Assembly (NCBI GenBank): GCA_002269645.1
Contig: NIVC01003203.1
Location: 1 to 64,000 of the forward strand
Direction of reading: 5' to 3'
Length of the DNA: 64,000 bases
DNA from: Macrostomum lignano
Lineage: Eukaryota
The position numbers and the translations under genes are program-made. The notes under the pieces are model-generated. The model was not told the origin of the DNA. It did not search any database and saw only the letters and a list, made by a program, of their open reading frames with translations. Positions 57,180 to 64,000 of this stretch are shown piece after piece; positions within the stretch are counted from its first letter, which is position 1, and every line of letters begins with the position of its first letter.

Positions 57180-60100
57180 TCAATGTTCTGCATCATCTCT
57201 GTCAGCCTCCTGTTCTTCTGTTTCGGCATTGACCGACTCGCCCTCTACTAGACGGTTTGTCTCGTCGAATAGCTGACTCTCGATGGTTCTGATCTCGTCC
57301 TCGGATAGGCCTTGTGCAAAAGTATGGATGAAATATTAGAGCGAAATATTATAGAGCCTCTATCTCTCCCAACCCTTTGATGAGCCGCTATCTCTCCCAT
57401 CCCCTTTGATGAGCCGCTATCTCTACCAACCCTTTGATGAGCCGCTATCTCTACCAATCCTTTGATGAGCCGCTATCTCTACCATCCCCTTTGATGAGCC
57501 GCTATCTCTCCCAACCCTTTGATGAGCCGCTATCTCTACCAGCCCTTTGATGAGCTGCTATCTCTCCCAACCCTTTGATGAGCCGCTATCTCTACCAGCC
57601 CTTTGATGAGCTGCTATCTCTACCATCCCCTTTGATGAGCTGCTATCTCTCCCAACCCTTTGATGAGCCGCTATCTCTACCAGCCCTTTGATGAGCTGCT
57701 ATCTCTACCAGCCCTTTGATGAGATATGATATCTCCCGGCCCTTTGATGAGATATGATGATATCTCCCAGACCGCTCACCCAGCCAGTTGTCCATCCACG
57801 CGGCCGCCTGCCTGTGGGCATGCAGCAACAGCTGTTGGACGAGGCGGTCCTGCACGTAGGCCTCCACCCGAGTCTGCAGGCCCCACACCGGGAAGGCGGC
57901 TCTCACCAGCTTGTAGCAGCAGTGCAGCGGCCTGGCGCGGCTCTGCCATCCGGGCAGAAGCGGCAGGCGCCCAGTTGGCGAGGTCAGCTGCGACACATCC
58001 TTTGAAGTTTTTTCAGTATTGGATAGGATATAATGGAGATTCTCCGAGCTGAATATTATGCCTACAACTTGGGTGGCGCGTATCAAGCGCCAAATAATGC
58101 TTAGCATTATCATTTCGTAAAAACAACTTTGTAGAAACATGATTTCCAGTAGCATGTTCCTGAATGCTCAATGAACTTGTGAGGGCACCTCGGACAAAAC
58201 ACCTAGATATAGGGAAATTGGGAATTCAGCGCTAAAAAAACTGAAAACTTCCTATCTCGCCAATGCAATGTTTTATATAATATGCGGCTTAGGGTCAACG
58301 AAATGAAAAGCATTGCTTTTATCAATCGAAGTTAAAAATGATATACGAATTTTATATATTGACCGTACTTTAAACTTGAGTGCAGATGCTGCATGCAGGA
58401 TGCAAATTCACTTTTTTATCGGCTAAGATTGACTGCATTTTATTAATCTAATTAATAGTTCGAACACACAGAAATAAAAGCAGCAGTTATAAAAACCGTT
58501 TAGATAACGCATTCCAAAATTATGATGAATGATTATTATTACATTTACATTTAATTAGGCCTAATCACAGAAAAAGGCACACGCGTGAACAACCAAAGTA
58601 GGAAGGCCACTACACTCGCCAGTTGTGCCAGTTGTGCATTGGTACAATCCAGGAGCTTTTCCAGTTTTAAGCTAAGTGATTCCCAGTTTTCTCGAGTGCA
58701 ATCTCTAAATGGGTTTTGCAGAGCTTTGCTTTCTGCACACTGGGAAGAAATCTGGCTAGAAGTTTCTCTGGAACAAAACTCTGAAACACGGGTCTTCAGT
58801 ATCGTCTGTAGTCTCTAATCTCATGTACTCTAGTATTCTATTGTAGTACTCTAGTACTCTATTGTAGTACTCCAGTACTCTAGTACTCTATTGTAGTACT
58901 CCAGTACTCTAGTACTCTATTTTAGTACTCCAGTACTCTAGTACTCTATTGTAGTACTCCAGTACTCTATTGTAGTACTTCAGTACTCTATTGTAGTACT
59001 CCAGTACTCTAGTACTCGATTGTAGTACTCCAGTACTCTAGTACTCTAGTATTCTAGTACCCTATTGTTTGCTTAATTTGCAATTTGAAGTCCAGAAGGT
59101 GACATATTTTTAATTCAGTGCTAAAGAAACTGAAAACTCCCTGTCTCGCTTATGCTTTTTTGGCGGCAAAAACCGACCTTCATTAAAAACCAAACAATAT
59201 GCATGCGAATATGCTTCGATTGCGGAAAGTCAGGCACAAAATTTATCGACCATCAGTGGGGCAGTCTTAACACAATGTGCTTCAAGCTGTCCAACAGCGA
59301 GCTCAAACTCTCGGCCAAACGCGGACAGTCCGTAGTGAACTCGCCAGAGTAGCTGGCCAACAGACGCTCGCTGTCGGCGCCGCCCTCCGTGACAAACTGA
59401 GTCCAGCTGCCGCCATCGACAGAGTAAATCAGGCCGGCCTTGTAGGGCGAGCCGCGCCGGGTGTACAGAAACCACACGTAGCAACAGGTGGCTCGGCAGC
59501 CTTCGATTTCGGCGAATTCGACCTCCTGAGTTGCTGTCACTCCGTCAGCGTCAGCCTCGGAGTTGTACACCAGGCCGCCGGCGTCCGGAGTTGTTGACGG
59601 GCTGCTGTTGAACGGGCTATCCGTCCAGAACCTTCTTGACTCCTCCTCGGCTAGGAAGCACAAAGGAGAGGTCCGCCGCTGCTGCCGCTGCTCAATACGC
59701 GACAAACAAGACGAGTCGCCGACAAAAGTCTGCTGGGCAGCGGCGGCTGCTGCATGACTGTCATCCGATAGCCGACCGCATGACTCTGCCTTGCAAATTG
59801 GCTAATTATATTTATATAATCCCACCTCTGCCACGGGGTGGAGGTGCTGAGAGTACCCGCGTACGCTAAATTACATGTAGATTATGCACAAATTGATATA
59901 ATAAATTAAATCACAACTTCTGAATGGACTATATAGTATAGCTTGTAATAAATAGGTCTATTTTTAGAATTTCTTCGTGTAGGGCACGTGTGTTCGGGTG
60001 CACCTGGCGGTAGTCAAACGCAGCGCAGTGTACGCGGACCAGCTGATCAACACTTATACTCGTAGCTGGGGGCAAAGCACGCCACAGCCAACTAGACAGA

Positions 60101-62833
60101 TAGAAAGCAGGTAGATAACTGGCAGATAGATGTTACCTCATCTGCTCGGTATTTCCTAGAATCCAGCTGGTCCGCGGCGATATCGATGGTTACCACCCGC
60201 CTGCGGTCCAGGTCCGATTGGGACAAGCTGAAGATCTGTTGGCGTATGAGAGGCGTTCAATAAGTTTCCGGATGCTCATATTTAGCAAAACTCGAACGTC
60301 AGAACTTTCTGCGTACTCCCCAGCTGCATTAAACCCCCGTCAAAATGCAGCCAGCCCACTCCGACTGAGGGATTTCTAAGAGTTAATTGGGTCCCCACAG
60401 TTTGCCGCGCAGCAGCCCGCCCATGTCGAGTCCGTCCTTGGACGTCTTACAGCAAGGACTTGCATCAGCTGGGAATAAACTCGGTCGCGTACCATCCTGC
60501 AGGCAATGTACGCAATGTAGACAATGTAGACAATGTAGACAATGTAGACAATGTAGACAATGTAGACAATGTACGCAATGTACGCTGCGTCACTAGCGAC
60601 ACTTCGTGAACGCACCAGTTATGAAGGCGACGTGCTGTCAACTGTGGATGCATTGTTCTGGTTGCTGCTTGCTGTACACCCAGGTCTCGTCTTCGCTGAC
60701 AATGTCCTAGGTGCTCATTGACTGCCAACCTTTGAATTTGTCGAGCTTAGATCGGCATCGATCAGCCCGAGCAGGGAGAGGGAGAGAGGGAGGGGTAGAG
60801 AGAGGGAGAGAAGAAGAGAGGGAGAGAAGGGGGTAAGGCAGAGAGGGGGAGAGGAGAGAGGAAGATATTCGTAAAAAAGTTCTAGAAATTTATTGGTGGA
60901 ACTTACATTTTCAATGTCGATTTGGTAGTCGACAAATTTGGTATCAACTTGGATGTTCAGTCGTGGAATATAGGAGCACTGAAGGATAAAATTTGCCAAA
61001 CAATCAGCTTGTTTTAGTTTAGAAAATGATGGATTTACACTGAAAGTTGCATCCTTACCGAGTACTCTGCAAGGAAATGATAGAAATTATTTCATTACTT
61101 TGTTCACAGCGTCTACAGCTTAATGTACTGCATAATGCAATCAATACTGTACCTGTTTTTGTTGTCGGAAAATGGTTGTAGGATTTTTCCAGCACGAAAA
61201 TCCCATCCCCTGGCAACAGACGGTTGGTCCAGGAGGCCAGGCGGCTAGAGAGTAGCGGGGCGGAGATTAAGGCAAAGGCGAAGCATTTGAGAAAGTAAAG
61301 AGCAACAATTAAAAAAAGATATGTAAGGAGCGATTAAGGAGATTAAGGGAGAGATTAAGGGAGATGCAGCGAGCAATTTCGAGAGATGCAGCGAGCAATT
61401 TCGAGAGATGCAGGGAGCAATTAGGGAGACAGATGTTGGAAAAGTCGAGAAAGAGAGATGCAGTGACAGACTGTAGAGAGAAGTGCAGGGAGAGACGCAG
61501 GGAGAAACGCAGGGAGAGACGCACGGAGATACGCACGGAGAGACACAGGGAGAGACGCAGGGTGCACGGAGAGATGCACGGAGAGACGCAGGGAGAGACG
61601 CAGGGTGCACGGAGAGATGCACGGAGAGACGCAGGGAGAGACGCAGGGTGCACGGAGATACGCACGGAGAGACACAGGGAGAGACGCACGGAGATACGCA
61701 CGGAGAGACACAGGGAGAGACGCACGGAGATACGCACGGAGAGACACAGGGAGAGACGCACGGAGATACGCACGGAGAGACACAGGGAGAGACGCAGGGA
61801 GAGACCAATAGATATATGCAAGCAATCCCTGCATCTCACACCTGCCCAGATAGATTTTCTTTTCACAGTACCGGCCGGGCCCCAGTTCAGGCGACTCGTA
61901 CGGCTCGTTCAGCATCACCCGGACACCCTCGGACAGTTGCGACTGCTGCCTGCAGTGCTTGGCTATCATGTAGATCTGGCCCAGCCTGTACTCAGCGACC
62001 GAACAGGGCATGGGGATTCGGTACTCCACCAGCTCCAGGCAGTCCCCAGCTGCGACTTCTGGGCCAGCTGCAGATTCTGCTTTTTGTGAATTGGGAACCA
62101 AACAGAGCAGTCCAGATGGATCTTGTGAGGGTAGCTACTGACTGCGACTGACCAATCAGAGCAGTCCAGATGGATCTTGTGAGGGTAGCTACTGACTGCG
62201 ACTGACCAATCAGAGCAGTCCAGATGGATCTTGTGAGGGTAGCTACTGACTGCGACTGACCAATCAGAGCAGTCCAGATGGATCTTGTGAGGGTAGCTAC
62301 TGACTGCGACTGACCAATCAGAGCAGTCCAGATGGATCTTGTGAGGGTAGCTACTGACTGCGACTGACCAATCAGAGCAGTCCAGATGGATCTTGTGAGG
62401 GTAGCTACTGACTGCGACTGACCAATCAGAGAGCAGTCCAGATGGATCTTGTGAGGGTAGCTACTGACTGCGACTGACCAATCAGAGCAGTCCAGATGGA
62501 TCTTGTGAGGGTAGCTACTGACTGCGACAGACCAATCAGAGCAGTCCAGATGGATCTTGTGAGGGTAGCTACTGACTGCGACTGGCCAATCAGAGCAGTC
62601 CAGATGGATCTTGTGAGGGTAGCTACTGACTGCGCCTGACCAATCAGAGCAATTCACTTAAATCTCTATGTACTGTAAGACTCTCACTAAAGAATGATAA
62701 AAATCAGTTAAAGCCTGAATCGGTTCAATTTTAAATAATTGTTTTTACCGTTCACTAGTAAGGCAGTTATAATGTCAGTAAAATGTACCGCCTCTCCCAA
62801 TATAGATGTATATTGCTATGCATACTTACCCAT
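57180..62833 (-). CDS. Phosphatidylinositol transfer protein (PITPNC1/RdgB-beta-like); 5' end uncertain
   Basis: Exons 62833-62830 (ATGG|GTAAGT, tentative), 62079-61842 (EYRIPMP.SV.EYR.GQIYMI, NEPY), 61244-61153, 61066-61059, 60978-60907, 60235-60137 (TIDIAAD), 57999-57780 (CCYKLV..F.VWGLQTRVE, HRQAAAWMD.W), 57310-57180 (GLSEDEIR); all phases consistent. Confidence 0.88.
57345..57765. repeat. 28-bp minisatellite, last PITP intron
   Basis: Unit CCCTTTGATGAGCCGCTATCTCTACCAG. Confidence 0.93.
58820..59060. repeat. AGTACT-rich short tandem repeat, PITP intron
   Basis: CTCTAGTACTCTATTGTAGTACTCCAGTA and variants. Confidence 0.88.
59253..60042 (-). CDS. Unassigned coding-like exons inside a PITP intron (alternative exons or nested gene)
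   Basis: GC-rich open frame 59789-59253 (about 178 aa) plus small AG..GT-flanked phase-0 segments 60042-60004 and 59846-59826. Confidence 0.45.
61480..61803. repeat. 12/36-bp minisatellite, PITP intron
   Basis: GGGAGAGACGCACGGAGATACGCACGGAGAGACACA. Confidence 0.9.
62103..62650. repeat. 54-bp minisatellite, PITP intron
   Basis: Unit GAGCAGTCCAGATGGATCTTGTGAGGGTAGCTACTGACTGCGACTGACCAATCA x10. Confidence 0.97.
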
Positions 62834-64000
62834 GAAAATTGCAGAGCTAGGCTTGGTAGGCCGGGAGCTATTGCTGACTTTACTACCCTTGCTGCTAGCC
62901 AAACTGTGGGATATATAAACTGCATGCGAGCTGTTCCTAGTATAGAGCAGAGAGTGAAGTGTACATTCTGTGTGGCATAACATTTCCATTCCTTGCCCAG
63001 AGGAAATATACGAGCGTACTTATAATAGCAGAATGATCATTGTACTGTTTGTTGGTGAACAGAGAATTGGGTGCTGATTGGTAAGTCTTCTGCTCCATGG
63101 AAGAGAGCTGTTATTGGGGGGACAATATCTAGCTCTTCTCAGAAACTCTGAAGAAGAATATTTCTTCCCTTTTTACCCACATTCGTACCCTACGTCCCTG
63201 GCTTTCAAAGGAATGTGGTAGGAGAAATCTATTTCCAGATTAAAGCTAATAGTATGAGGTAAAGTACATCCAAGCTGAAAGCATATACAACTAGGATAGG
63301 TTGGGCAATTGCATGTCCAATGCCAGGCTTGCTGGTCTCTCAGCCAGAAATGTGCCTCTTGTCTATGGCCCAATCTGGTCTTTATAATAGGCTTTCAACT
63401 TAGAATGGCTGTTTTCTAACTTAGTATGATTACGAAAGCTGCATTAAGTAGAATAAAGTTCACATGGGACTATTCTTTTTATGAATTTAAAAAGATTAAT
63501 ATGAAAATGAAGCTGTCATTATACACATCTATCGGAAATACAACAGAGTAACATGCAGTGCATGCTAAATTAAAAGAATGATAATCTTCGCTGCCCCAGA
63601 TCAAGCCCAATCAATTATTATGTGATGAAAATATGGTATCTTCCTATATCTGCGCAGTGTCTTTTTTCCAGGAAATAGCTAGGCCACCAAATAATACACG
63701 ATATTTGAGTTTTATGTCCTTGGGCTATATTGAATCATCATGTATGCATTCTGTGGACAAATATCTAACGGGCAAGCATCTGACTGGACAAACATGCGGC
63801 ACGAAATTGCATATCCCACCTGGCATCGGAGCTCTGAAATCTTTTTTAACCTTTAACGTTATTTAAGTATTTATCGAGTTGGCCATTTGAAAACTAAAAT
63901 AGATTGCCTTGTAACTGTATAGACAAGACAGAATTCTCTTCTAACATCTCTTCAAAGAAAACTCCGTACAGAACTGCATGGTAGACTTCGAACTGGTCCA

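Overview
Eukaryotic, intron-containing, gene-dense window. GC-rich exons, introns filled with minisatellites and a flatworm-type EF-hand module suggest a free-living flatworm such as Macrostomum; this is inference only. Genes reconstructed by hand: four intronless paralogs of a small Tyr-rich, single-pass, PPxY-tailed (Shisa-like/CYYR1-like) membrane protein (one frameshifted), a basigin-like Ig protein, a phospholipid scramblase, a highly divergent histone H2B variant, an apparent in-frame fusion of a two-EF-hand module to ribosomal protein L6, a divergent PPP-family phosphatase with a Cys/His insertion, a PX-domain SGK kinase, UXT, a WASP-like gene (frameshift, no clear WH2) and a PITP/RdgB-beta gene with an 8-nt microexon and possible alternative exons. 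Mobile relics: a 1.2-kb TIR element with 8-bp TSD, a Tc1 transposase relic, a foldback element and SINE-like copies. Most long ORFs in the supplied track are tandem-repeat artefacts. Top leads: EF-hand-RPL6 chimera, Tyr-rich PPxY gene cluster, H2B variant, phosphatase insertion, extra PITP exons. All splice models come from manual reading of GT/AG sites and phases, with no transcript evidence.
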